Below, piece by piece: positions 20,830-31,313 of a stretch of DNA of 64,000 bases. Source of the DNA: a virus; IMG/VR virus record IMGVR_UViG_3300044987_001050, positions 1-64,000 of that record. One strand, 5' to 3'. A program made the position numbers and the translations under genes. Each line of letters begins with the position of its first letter. The stretch's first letter is position 1. The notes under the pieces are model-generated. The model was not told the DNA's origin. It was given only the letters and a program-made list of their open reading frames with translations, and ran no database searches.

Positions 20830-21515
20830 ACTTCACAGAAAAGAAAGAATCATTAGAATCATTTGAGGACAGGATGATGTCCTTGTATCCATCGCTGTTT
20901 CCAAAGGATGAGAACGGAATCACGGTCCCACCCTCGTGTGGCATGTGGTGTCCTCCTGGTTGGCAACACCTCGTCGAACGGTTATGTTCTGCGCTTGATT
21001 ACCAAGTAAAGACGCCTCGGCAACTTCAGAAGTGGGCGCTGTTATTTGAGGTGCATAACTTCATATTCAAGAAGATGTTTGCGCCTATCAACAACTGGAT
21101 CTACCGTCGTGTTGATCCGTTCGAGAGTATGCATTGGAGAGACGGCAAGCGTGAAAACTGGACAATGATTCATCCTGAAACACGGACACGAATCGAAGCT
21201 GAACATCCTAAACGAGTCGCGATTTGTTCGCTCCTGCGAAAAGTTTCTCTCGCGCTCCGGCCGAAGATGCGGTGGAATTATGTCAAGGTTCCGCCTATTA
21301 CGATTGACCAAGTCAAAGAAAAGTTCGGCACGCTCCGTTTCTATTATGAGGGCGGCGATGAACGTACCGCTGCCATGATCTCGATGGTCGAGCGTATCTC
21401 GGAAGTCACGTGCGAGGAATCCGGTGCGCCTGGAACATCATGTGTTCGTGGCGGATGGTGGAAGACTTTGAGCCCTGAGGTTGCCAAGAACCTCGGGTAT
21501 ACTCCTGCCAAGTAA
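20826..21515 (+). CDS. Conserved phage hypothetical protein
   Basis: CPPGW...QVKEKFGTLRFYY...CEESGAPG signature. Confidence 0.65.
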   Translation: MNFTEKKESLESFEDRMMSLYPSLFPKDENGITVPPSCGMWCPPGWQHLVERLCSALDYQVKTPRQLQKWALLFEVHNFIFKKMFAPINNWIYRRVDPFESMHWRDGKRENWTMIHPETRTRIEAEHPKRVAICSLLRKVSLALRPKMRWNYVKVPPITIDQVKEKFGTLRFYYEGGDERTAAMISMVERISEVTCEESGAPGTSCVRGGWWKTLSPEVAKNLGYTPAK

Positions 21516-21531
21516 CATCATCTCTGCTAGG

Positions 21532-21562
21532 AAGAGCGGCCGTCATTGGCCGCTCTTTTTTT
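21532..21562 (+). terminator. Rho-independent terminator
   Basis: AAGAGCGGCC-GTCATT-GGCCGCTCTT followed by a T run. Confidence 0.85.
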
Positions 21563-21572
21563 CACTTTAGAA

Positions 21573-21601
21573 TTGACACTCGTTTTCATCTATGTTAAAA
21601 T
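21573..21601 (+). promoter_or_regulatory. Near-consensus sigma70 promoter (TTGACA-N17-TAAAAT, extended -10 TG)
   Basis: Directly after a terminator; no sizeable ORF follows before the next promoter. Confidence 0.7.
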
Positions 21602-21626
21602 ACATACCAATCCAATCCTCAATTGT

Positions 21627-21653
21627 TGCTCAATCTGCTCAATCTGCTCAATC
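21627..21653 (+). repeat. Tandem repeat (TGCTCAATC)x3
   Basis: Three perfect 9-bp copies with additional CAAT(C) motifs on either side. Confidence 0.85.
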
Positions 21654-21794
21654 TCGACAATGTTGCATATATGATTCAATAACATCCTTTATGTACAATC
21701 TATCGAACATTATGAAGGCAATGAAATCATCCGAAGGATGGCACAAAGGTACTCCGAAGAGAGGTTAGAGTCTAAAATCCGGGTCACAATTTGA

Positions 21795-21823
21795 TTTACA
21801 AACCAAGAATAGTTTGTTAGAAT
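21795..21823 (+). promoter_or_regulatory. Early promoter (TTTACA-N17-TAGAAT)
   Basis: Shares GAATAGTTTGTTAGAATTTG with the 11.6-kb cassette. Confidence 0.75.
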
Positions 21824-22221
21824 TTGTCATACCGATGGAACTGCCACCACTGCTTGAAACCAATGAATTCGGCGAAGTCCAATATATGTTTGCTATGAAA
21901 CCACAAAAGACCTCGCAAGAGCTTGAGATCGAAAGAGTCGAGCGGAACGCGGCAAAGTGGGCTAAACGTAAACAACGTGCTGCTGAATACAAAAAGAAGA
22001 AAATCTGATGTCTGAAAAAGTGCTCAACAACGGTCTATACTTCCTTTGTGGAATCATGTGTATGACCATGATCTCTCGAATCTTTGAGACGCATACTAAA
22101 GCGTATGCTCGTGGTGTTGATGACACAATGCAAGAAGCTTTGGAGAATGGTGTTGCTCAAAAAGAACTCACCGCTGAAAATCAAATCGTGATCCGCTGGA
22201 TCGAAACTCACAAACTCGGAT

Positions 22222-22560
22222 ATGAAAACTAAATTGCTACTGCTCGCATCAACTTTGATCTCATTAACACTCACCTCTTGTGAGTCTCCAAATGATCCCG
22301 GCCCGATTTCTCGCACTAAGGATAACATCGAGTCTCCTCAGACAATTGGAACACTTCCTGATGGTCGTGTTATTAAGATGTTTGAGCGTGATCGCGGCGG
22401 TATGCATAATCACTTCATCTATTTCGTTGAGAATGGTGATGGCAAGTCCCTAACAATTTCGACCAACACAGAAGTATCTGCTGGTAAATCCACTCGCAAT
22501 GAAACAACCGTTCTTATCGACGGAGTGAAATATGCCCCACTTGAAAAGAATGAAAACTAA
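22222..22560 (+). CDS. Lipoprotein
   Basis: MKTKLLLLASTLISLTLTSC lipobox. Confidence 0.65.
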   Translation: MKTKLLLLASTLISLTLTSCESPNDPGPISRTKDNIESPQTIGTLPDGRVIKMFERDRGGMHNHFIYFVENGDGKSLTISTNTEVSAGKSTRNETTVLIDGVKYAPLEKNEN

Positions 22561-22774
22561 AGTCAACATCAATATCGGCATACTTGGTTTCATATTCATT
22601 GCACTCAAGCTATTTGGAATTGTTTCCTGGCCGTGGATTTGGGTACTCGCCCCTTTCTGGATTGGAATAGTTCTGCTGCTCGCAATCTGGGGCTTTGTTG
22701 CAATCGTTGCATTTCTCGCTCTCATTGCATTCAACACAGGTAACGTCACAATCACCAAACGCACAAAACCATGA
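22550..22774 (+). CDS. Small membrane protein
   Basis: IFIALKLFGIVSWPWIWVLAPFW, a common phage transmembrane family pattern. Confidence 0.65.
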   Translation: MKTKVNINIGILGFIFIALKLFGIVSWPWIWVLAPFWIGIVLLLAIWGFVAIVAFLALIAFNTGNVTITKRTKP

Positions 22775-23458
22775 AAGCACACAATATACTATTCTTCATA
22801 GGGCTACCATTCTTCATAGCATCAGGATTCGCAGGAGACCTCTTGATGGTCGGAGTTGCTTGGGGTCTTGCTATCTCCGGCGTCTGCATTGAGATTGCGG
22901 CAATTGTGAAGTACAACGAATAATTATGAAACTGTCAAAACTTGTCAACGAAACGATTGAAGCGAACTGGGAAACCATGATGATTCGCGCATGCAAGAAG
23001 AACAAGTACTCACCGTATGCGCTTCGCCGCATCTACGCCGTGTCTCGTGCTCTTCCTCTTTCATACACTCCAGTTGAGTATGCGACCTATGGTCTGATGG
23101 AAATCATCACGAAGCACAATTTGGTCCGTGATTGGCATGAGTTCATCATCGAGATCGACCAGAAGCGGACTGCTTATTGGTATCGGTTCTGGTCGAATCA
23201 CGAAAGCCGCGAAATGCCTTTTCCTGAAGCATTTCTCATGCAGTGCACCAACTTGATTGCCCGCACCGAGGTTTCAAAACTTCCTGCTTACCGCTCACCC
23301 GCTTGGTTTCGGAATCGGTATCCGCACGATGAAGAAAATGATTCTCTGCCGATGTCGAACTGTTGCGGTGCTTATGCTGAAGGTGCTGAGGATATCGGCA
23401 TGTGTCCTGATTGTCACGAGCACTGTGAGTTTGAACAAGCCGAGGCGTGATTATTTGA

Positions 23459-23487
23459 TTTACTTCTTCCTCATTACTTGATAGAAT
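23459..23487 (+). promoter_or_regulatory. Early promoter (TTTACT-N17-TAGAAT)
   Basis: 17-nt spacer upstream of the HD hydrolase. Confidence 0.65.
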
Positions 23488-23498
23488 ATCGTATACCG

Positions 23499-24005
23499 AT
23501 GAAAGATATCCTTGATGATTTCCAAACGCAGACGAAGCTTGTCAAGCTCGCGCATGACATTGCATCAAAAGCGCACGCTGGGCAAAAGCGCAAAGAGGGC
23601 GTTCCTTACATCACGCATCCCGAAGCAGTTGCACAGATTGTTGACACGGAGTTCTACACCCTGATGCCTACCTCCGAGGCAGCCCGCAACATTTGGGCGC
23701 CGATGAAAAATTACATCATCATGGCAGCTCTCCTGCACGACACCATCGAGGATACATACGTCACGTCTGAACTTCTTCGTCAGGCGGGTTTCCCTATCAT
23801 GGTCATCGAGATGGTTCAGATCGTCACGAAACGGCCGAACGAGAACTACTTCGACTTCGTCATGCGCATTCAAGAGTCCGGCCATGTCGGAGCGAAGATG
23901 GTAAAGCTTGCTGACCTTCGCCATAACATGTCTGATTTAGGAGAAGGTTCAATGAAGGATAAATATCGTCTTGCTGAACATATCCTCGCATTCTTCAACA
24001 AATGA
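23499..24005 (+). CDS. Stand-alone HD-domain RelA/SpoT-type (small alarmone/Mesh1-like) hydrolase
   Basis: AHAGQKRK..PYITHP..VA, AALLHDTIED and VKLADLRHN motifs. Confidence 0.85.
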   Translation: MKDILDDFQTQTKLVKLAHDIASKAHAGQKRKEGVPYITHPEAVAQIVDTEFYTLMPTSEAARNIWAPMKNYIIMAALLHDTIEDTYVTSELLRQAGFPIMVIEMVQIVTKRPNENYFDFVMRIQESGHVGAKMVKLADLRHNMSDLGEGSMKDKYRLAEHILAFFNK

Positions 24006-24200
24006 AAACACCTACAAAGAAAGTTGTGAACAAAGCCAAGAAGGACATCGTTGAGATCGACGGCACGCTGGGTCTCCTCCGCGAGAACTGGATGGTGTGT
24101 TCCGAAAAGAATAAATCGAAGTACATGGGCTTGATTGATCGCATGCTTGACGAGCGTTTGCTTTGCATGGCGACTCGTGATGGGAAAGAAATTACAACGG

Positions 24201-24920
24201 ATGTCTGATTCAATTCCAGTCTATATCGTCGGCGATGTGCACGGCAGGTTTGATCTTTTGCAACAAGAGATCAAGCGGTTCGACATTCGCAACTGCATAA
24301 TCATTTGTGTAGGCGATCTTGGTTTGGGTTTTCATTGGAAGACTGATCCTAAGAAGGAACAGCGCATTCATGCTCAGCAAAATCAGTGGTTCGGCCGTCG
24401 TAACATTAAGTTCTATTCGATTCGCGGCAATCACGATGATCCTCAATTCTTTACGGGCAAGACACGTATTGCCTACAAGAACTTCGAGATGATCGAGGAT
24501 TACACGACATTCAATATCAACGGCGAACGATTCTTATTCATCGGCGGAGCAATCTCTGTCGACCGCTCGGGCAATCACCGCAAGGAGGGATTCAGTTACT
24601 GGAAAGATGAACCGCTCGTATTCAAGCCTTGGCTCATCAAGGAATGCGATGTGTTGATCACGCACTCCGCCCCGACTTGGAATGGTCCGCTTTCCAAAGA
24701 TGGGTTACGCGAATTCGCGGATTGGGAAAATTGTGACAAGAGTCTTTGGGATGAGTGCTTACAAGAACGCAAGGATATAAGTCACATCGTTCGTGAATCG
24801 AAAGCAAAGATGCATTACTGCGGTCACTTCCATTCATATCATTGGGTTGAACAATGCAACTGCTATTCAACGATCCTCGCCATTCTCCAATTCAAAGAAC
24901 ATAGAATGCTTATATCATGA
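24201..24920 (+). CDS. Calcineurin-like metallophosphoesterase
   Basis: GDVHG, GDLG, RGNHD, ITH and GHFH motifs. Confidence 0.88.
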   Translation: MSDSIPVYIVGDVHGRFDLLQQEIKRFDIRNCIIICVGDLGLGFHWKTDPKKEQRIHAQQNQWFGRRNIKFYSIRGNHDDPQFFTGKTRIAYKNFEMIEDYTTFNINGERFLFIGGAISVDRSGNHRKEGFSYWKDEPLVFKPWLIKECDVLITHSAPTWNGPLSKDGLREFADWENCDKSLWDECLQERKDISHIVRESKAKMHYCGHFHSYHWVEQCNCYSTILAILQFKEHRMLIS

Positions 24921-25168
24921 AACTGTTTACATTCCTAACACTCGCGGTTTGCGTCGCGACTAATCAATCGTGCATGACCACTTATTCTGCAAAGGGATAT
25001 CCTGTGCAATCAGTCGATCCTGGCGTGGCGACGGCCGCAATCATCGGCGCAGGTGCTGTCGGGTTCGTACTCGGTTCTGCTAATTACGGATGTGAACCTT
25101 ATTACGGTGCTTATGGACAAGTCGGCTACTTTCGCCCATACTCTCACGGACACTACTCTTGCTACTAA
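24917..25168 (+). CDS. Putative small lipoprotein
   Basis: Signal peptide ending QSC, then a glycine-rich hydrophobic segment. Confidence 0.5.
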   Translation: MKLFTFLTLAVCVATNQSCMTTYSAKGYPVQSVDPGVATAAIIGAGAVGFVLGSANYGCEPYYGAYGQVGYFRPYSHGHYSCY

Positions 25169-25169
25169 C

Positions 25170-25547
25170 ATGATTACATTTACCACTATCGCCATTTTCG
25201 GATTCGTTCACTGGCTCTTCGACTTCTTTCTTCAGACCGACGAGCAGTCAAAAGGAAAGTCTCACAGTTACAAGATGTTGTCACAACACGTCGGTGTTTA
25301 TACACTCGGCTTGCTCGTGATGGCTATATTCACTCCGGCGCTGAATGTAGCGCCGCATATCTTCTTTGGCTGGGTTGCATTCAACGGTCTCGCTCACTTC
25401 TTTACTGACTACATCACGTCACGCGCGACGTCTCTGTTATGGAAAGATGGCGCAGTTCATGACTTCTTCGTAACCGTCGGCATTGACCAATACATTCACA
25501 GCTTCACGCTGTTTGGTTCACTCACATACGTACTGAAATATCTATGA
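25170..25547 (+). CDS. DUF3307-like membrane protein
   Basis: HWLFDFFLQ, HVGVY, HFFTD and GIDQYIH motifs. Confidence 0.75.
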   Translation: MITFTTIAIFGFVHWLFDFFLQTDEQSKGKSHSYKMLSQHVGVYTLGLLVMAIFTPALNVAPHIFFGWVAFNGLAHFFTDYITSRATSLLWKDGAVHDFFVTVGIDQYIHSFTLFGSLTYVLKYL

Positions 25548-26812
25548 AAACTGCAATAGGCGAAGAGCCGCAAACACCGATGGATGTCGTGAACATCCTT
25601 AACTCAAACTACTTCGACATCAATGAAGATTGTATGCTCGTTCCGTTCTCGTTCTCATCGAACGGATTCTGCGACCTCATTCTTTTCATGGAGTATCCTC
25701 TTTGGTCATCCGAGGCTGACGGCTGGGATTACGATGATGAGGACGAAGGCATGGGCGATCCGCTGCCGTTGATCGACACTGTTAAGAAGCTCTACGTCGA
25801 GCTTCATAGCCGCATCGCTGGAGCGACTCCAGACAAACTTTTCATTACTGAGGACTAATCAGATGGGACTAGGACTTGGATTTAGTTGCAGCCGCAGTAA
25901 TGAATCACGTGTTGAGTATGTCTCAACTGAGCGTGAAATCGCTCCGAAAGATGTTGACACAGGCGTGAACCCGAATCCCTACAACTTCAAGGTTAGGTGG
26001 GCGTCGGCCGTGAATGGAAACACTATCATGAAGGTGAACTATCCGAACTGCACGACGTTCGGTGGTGATAAGCTTCTGCTGCTTCGTGGTATTTGGCCTA
26101 TGACTATGCACAAACTTGACCCACACTTCTTTGAAGGAGATCATCCTGTCATCGCTAGATTCAAACCTGATGCTGCTGGCGAAAAGCTTGCGGATATCTG
26201 CGCACGATCATTATGAAAAGAGTAACACGAAACGAAGCAGACTTCTCGGACGTATTTGAGTTCGCGAAAGAAACGCTAGGTCATGAATGGAATCGGTGCT
26301 GTGATCTATTTCACGGGTCGGAATTCTTCAGTTATCAAAGGTACGATGACTTCGAACTTGAGGAACTTGAGGCAGAGGAAAAGGAAATGACCGCGGATCC
26401 CGATGACTTCGACTTCCTCTGTGATTTGGGCTTGGCTCGCCGCATCATGATTGCTTATATGAAAGCGAAGAAAGTAAAAACCTGCCGCATCTACTCATGA
26501 ACGCACACAAAGAAGAAGTAAAGGTCGCGGATTTGATTCTCGAGAGCGTGGTCAAGACATTGTCCGAAGCGTTAGCCGCTGATGGATATGCGCTTGAGCG
26601 ATTGTTCCGAAATCGAGTTGAGTGCAATGATGCAATGGGAGACCATCCGCATATCGTCACCGGGAAGATCGGACAAACCACAACACTTAGCACGCTAGGT
26701 CTTATCAACGGGATCGTCGGCGCTCTCACAGGTCATCGTGTTGCTATGATGGTGCCCGACGATTCGGACTCTCCTATCGGCTTTACGAGATATATGCCCC
26801 CTAAAAATTGAA

Positions 26813-26841
26813 TTTACATTCCCAAGAATCTGATATAGAAT
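26813..26841 (+). promoter_or_regulatory. Early promoter (TTTACA-N17-TAGAAT)
   Basis: 17-nt spacer, intergenic. Confidence 0.7.
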
Positions 26842-26860
26842 CATACATCGCAATAACACA

Positions 26861-27814
26861 ATGAACACAACTGAAATTGAAAGAAAGAAGGAGAAGAAAC
26901 TTGATCGGTCGCACTGGATGTGTCGCATTCAAAAGTTTGCTTTTAACATCGACGCGCCAACATACTACATGGGCTACTGCCCGTTCTTCTGGATGACGTG
27001 GCTAGCTCTGCTTGTCTCGCCGTTCGTCGCGCTTTTCAATCTAGTGACTATCCCGGCAACATGGGCATGGGTTAACACTGCCGAGCCTGTGAAGGAGTAT
27101 CGGCGAACTACCCGTGAAGCGCTTGAATCGACTCCGCTTCAGCCGTCATTCGCACAAATGCTACAGATGCAATATATGCGTGACGACGAACTCACTGGCT
27201 GGGATTTGTGGTCGCCTCGGGCTGAACTATTCTCGAACCTTACAGAATGTAAGCGCATCGAAGTTTGGCTGAAGCAGAATCCTAACTGGAAAAAGGAATG
27301 GCTTGCGAAGGCTAAGGCATGGGATGTTGCACACATCGAAGCAGTTCATGCTTACAACAAACTCAAGAAGGTCCGTGCCGCTCGCCTATCAAAGGTTAAC
27401 CGACTCGCCTCAACATGCGGATCAGCTATCTTCAAGGTTCTCATCCCGCTCTCTATCTTTCTTGCGGTATCAGGCGGTGGCTATGGCGTATACACAATTG
27501 CTATCGAGATTAGTCTCGCGAGTTACGTCTTGGCTCTCTGCATACTTACATTAGCAGCTGCTGCGGCCGTCTTAGCCAACATCCTTTGGGACGCGCTCAA
27601 AACCATTCTTGACATTCGAGCGAAGAACAAGATGGCTGTTGAGGACGACAAGATCCCGACCCTAACATGGTGGGACAAGTTCTGCTCCAAGTTCTCGGCG
27701 GTCACTGAATTCATTCACGACACAGTCGCGATTACTTACAAGCAGGAATGTCCGCTCATCATCTGGGGCGACGAAACCGGTCCTATCCAAAAACGAAACA
27801 AGAATACACAATGA
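26861..27814 (+). CDS. Multi-pass membrane protein
   Basis: CPFFW plus several hydrophobic segments and a C-terminal CPLI.W. Confidence 0.6.
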   Translation: MNTTEIERKKEKKLDRSHWMCRIQKFAFNIDAPTYYMGYCPFFWMTWLALLVSPFVALFNLVTIPATWAWVNTAEPVKEYRRTTREALESTPLQPSFAQMLQMQYMRDDELTGWDLWSPRAELFSNLTECKRIEVWLKQNPNWKKEWLAKAKAWDVAHIEAVHAYNKLKKVRAARLSKVNRLASTCGSAIFKVLIPLSIFLAVSGGGYGVYTIAIEISLASYVLALCILTLAAAAAVLANILWDALKTILDIRAKNKMAVEDDKIPTLTWWDKFCSKFSAVTEFIHDTVAITYKQECPLIIWGDETGPIQKRNKNTQ

Positions 27815-28013
27815 TCATCAAGTTCAAAAGCAAGAAAGATTTCAACACCGCGGTAACATATCTAATCAATCAGACGTTCTGCTTCGATCAACACGACACC
27901 TCGAACTCGCTGCGGTTCTTCATCGAATCATCGGCGGAACGAGCAATGTCGGAACTGAGCACCGTTCATAACATCACGTCTGTATTCGAAGAAGATCTGC
28001 TTCCAGCTATTGC

Positions 28014-28427
28014 ATGAATACCAAGCAGGTCATCGTGGTCCGCAAGGACCTCAATATGAGGAAGGGCAAGATGTGTGCGCAGGCATCGCATGCCTCTATG
28101 TCCTTCCTCACTAAGGCTGGCGGAGTAGTTGACGTGCCGCACTCGATGTACGGAATGAAGTTCCAAACCGGAGACCTGTTAGGCCATGCCGATGAAATGG
28201 ATCACTGGCTCAACAACTCCTTCAAGAAGATTGTCTGTTCCGTGAACTCTGAAGCTGAACTCATTGATCTGCACGTGAAGGCGATAAGCTTAGGCTTGGT
28301 ATCACATCTTATCACGGACAACGGCGCAACCGAGTTCAATGGAATTCCAACAAAGACTTGCTTGGCAATCGGCCCACACTGGGATGAAAAGTTCGAGAAC
28401 CTAACATCTCATCTTCCGCTGCTATGA
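28014..28427 (+). CDS. pth2: Peptidyl-tRNA hydrolase, Pth2 type
   Basis: KQVIVVRKDLNMRKGKMCAQASHA, KKIV, DNGATEF and TCLAIGP motifs. Confidence 0.92.
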   Translation: MNTKQVIVVRKDLNMRKGKMCAQASHASMSFLTKAGGVVDVPHSMYGMKFQTGDLLGHADEMDHWLNNSFKKIVCSVNSEAELIDLHVKAISLGLVSHLITDNGATEFNGIPTKTCLAIGPHWDEKFENLTSHLPLL

Positions 28428-28756
28428 ACGCTGCTCAATGGACATTTCTAATCATTATCGTCGCACTCATTGTGATCGAGCTCGGTCTATCCTTTTACTT
28501 TGACAAGAAAGACAACCAATAACATGGTCATTCCTGAAGATCCTCCTGAAGCATACGAAGACTACTTCGTCACTGATCTTGACGTGTGTGCAAACAAAGC
28601 AGACTTTTTGGCAAATGCTCTTGACTCGCTTCGTCATACTCATCCTAACTTATCGGATTCAGACAAAGAAGAAATTTGGCAAATGGTTCTTACTCTCACG
28701 GGTTTCTCTGCTGCACTCTGGCGTATCCGCGTTTTAACCGAACCTGAAGATTGATA

Positions 28757-28785
28757 TTTACAAGTGCCTCTAAATTTGTTACTAT
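28757..28785 (+). promoter_or_regulatory. Early promoter (TTTACA-N17-TACTAT)
   Basis: 17-nt spacer upstream of the PEP-CTERM gene. Confidence 0.65.
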
Positions 28786-28816
28786 TTGTTCCTACCACAA
28801 CCACATAAACCAAAAT

Positions 28817-29404
28817 ATGAAATTGACAACACTATTCGCTATGGCTTGCTTACTCGTGACTCCGCTTACGGGTGCAACGATTACTGCCACGCTTGACAGC
28901 ATCAACCCAACCACAACCACTCAGGGCACCTACACTGGCAAGCCCTTCACTGATATCTACTCAGGCGCGTTGACATTCACGGTCGGCTCCGGCGACTCGT
29001 TTCTTGCCTTTTGTGCTGAGCCTGCGTCCACAATCTCACTTGGCGAAACCGTAACATACACGCTCACGCCGCTAACACGGACTGACCTCGCACAGATCAT
29101 GTCGGTGTACTATGCTTCTCCGCGGGATACACTGAATGCTCAAGGAGCGCAATGGGCAATCTGGGAACTGTTGACGGACAACAAACCCGACCTCGAGAAA
29201 GGCAAGGTGATGCTGCCCGAGGGTGCAGTTCGAGACAAGGCTGATGAATATCTTGATGCTTATGAGGACGCAGTCCCGGCATCAAACATCGTGTGGTTGT
29301 CATCGTCGGATCGGCAGGATATGATTGCCTGCATTCCTGAGCCGCAACCTGCTCTGCTCGTCGGCACATTTGGTATCATTGCACTTCTTCGCCGCCGCAA
29401 ATGA
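28817..29404 (+). CDS. Secreted PEP-CTERM protein with thioester-domain-like motifs
   Basis: Signal peptide; AFCAEP and AQWAIWE motifs; C-terminal IPEP + hydrophobic helix + RRRK. Confidence 0.8.
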   Translation: MKLTTLFAMACLLVTPLTGATITATLDSINPTTTTQGTYTGKPFTDIYSGALTFTVGSGDSFLAFCAEPASTISLGETVTYTLTPLTRTDLAQIMSVYYASPRDTLNAQGAQWAIWELLTDNKPDLEKGKVMLPEGAVRDKADEYLDAYEDAVPASNIVWLSSSDRQDMIACIPEPQPALLVGTFGIIALLRRRK

Positions 29405-30776
29405 AACTCCTTCTGCTCAATCTTCTGTTATGGTTCAGCGGCAATCAAGATAAGCCTGACTGCGTTGCTGACATCTCGGACTCTGCTAAGGCGGTGATCG
29501 AGTCATATTCAGCGAAGGACTCGAAAGGCGAGGAGATCATTGCCCCGCCTCTGAATCTGCCTGACCTTTTGATGGAGCCGCTGCGCATGCCAGTTCTTCC
29601 TCCTCTCCCAATCATTCCAATCAACCCCAAGCCAGTAACAGACGTTAATCCATGAACCGTGTTAAGTTAACAGTATCCGACGAATCAGGAAAAACATTAT
29701 GTAAGATCGGCACGTCAATCGACGATCCAGCCGGTCTCGAATATACTGATGCGGAACTAGCAGACGCACTCACTGGGATGGCTTACACTTTGAATGAAGC
29801 GCACAAGCATCGGTCTGATGCGCTTACCGCTAAATGGGCAGCGGTGTTAGGAGCTGAATCGAGTACCAACAAAACTGCTATGCTTCTCGAAGCTCAGGAA
29901 ACTCCGTTCTTCCCACCTGGCAACTGCTAATACATTATGATCACCATCTTTGCATCTGTGGCCGAAGGGCCTGAACGCAACTACTCGCGCATCGGTAACA
30001 TCTATCAGATGATACTCAATCCTGCTAATATCTCTTACATCATTGTGACTGAACATATCATCGCAATGAACAATGGAACATTCTTGAGTGTTGCTGCTGC
30101 TGAGCTTAAGAGGATCACTCTACGAATCGCACCTGAACTAGCATAAACATGAACGACCTATCACGAGCCTGGAAAGGCGAGATCGAAGAAATCGAGCGCC
30201 GCAAGGCAGCAATCGTTGCAAAGGCTAAAGAGGTTGAACGTGTTCAAGCATTCACGAAATGCGTTGTTGAACTGGCCTCTCAAGGTTGGATATTTAGGAA
30301 GGTTGATCAGTGGCACCCGCATAACAACGACACTTGGATTGAGCATGTCTTCAAGTCGCCTCGTATGAAGTCGTTTGCGCCTTACTCAACAAAGGATGAC
30401 CTGATAACTCTCGAGGCAAGGATCATGGGAGCCTATGTTATGTCTGATGTAGGTAACGCTCGCTATCCACTGATTGATGATGCCCGCCGAGTTCTCGCGG
30501 AGTTCTTCCTAACAAACCCAAGCGCATCTATCGAAGATGCACCAAAACTCACTGTCTCATGCAGTATCTCGTAATCAACAACAGCAAGAACGGGCTTTAT
30601 TCAATTGTCGAGCAGTACCAACTGTTCGATGATCGAGAGGAAGCATCACGGCATTACTTCGAAATCGGCGGAGATTCTGGATGGATTTCATTGTCTGATA
30701 AACCTGGCATGGCTTCAATGACTCGGTCTGGCTTGATCGATGTTCTATTCATTCCAATCGTTTCTGAAACTAACTA

Positions 30777-31313
30777 ATGAGAATCAATCTATACGCCGGG
30801 CCTGGAGCTGGCAAGTCAACTACAGCAGCTATGTTATTCGCAAAGCTGAAAATCGCAGGCTATTCAATTGAGCTTGTCTCGGAATACGTCAAGGCTTGGG
30901 CAATCGCTAAGCGAGCACCGGTCGGATTCGATCAAGTTTATCTGATGGGCAAGCAACTTCAGTATGAGTATCGCTTCCTCTCGAATGGAATTAAGAACGT
31001 GATCACTGACTCGCCTGTGTTGCTTTCAGCATGTTACACTCGCGCGAATTATCCTGACCTCATCAATGTAGCTGATCACATGGACGGCATCGTGATGGAA
31101 TATGAACGGCAACATCCTGCGATTAACATCTTTCTCGATCGCGGAGATAAGGAATACAAGACCGAAGGCCGATTCCAAAGCAAGGAAGGCGCGCAACGGA
31201 TTGACAACGTTGTCCGCGATACGCTCAACAGGCTAGGTTTGGTCTACACAACATTCTCATTCTACGACAACGATGCAATCTTCGAGTTCATCAAAGCAAA
31301 TGCAACCTCATGA
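30777..31313 (+). CDS. P-loop NTPase/kinase (NadR/AAA_28-like)
   Basis: INLYAGPGAGKST, EYVK, ITDSP and GRFQ motifs. Confidence 0.75.
   Translation: MRINLYAGPGAGKSTTAAMLFAKLKIAGYSIELVSEYVKAWAIAKRAPVGFDQVYLMGKQLQYEYRFLSNGIKNVITDSPVLLSACYTRANYPDLINVADHMDGIVMEYERQHPAINIFLDRGDKEYKTEGRFQSKEGAQRIDNVVRDTLNRLGLVYTTFSFYDNDAIFEFIKANATS

Noticed and set aside
21627-21653. CRISPR mini-array
   Set aside because: 9-bp tandem units without spacers; no cas genes in the window.
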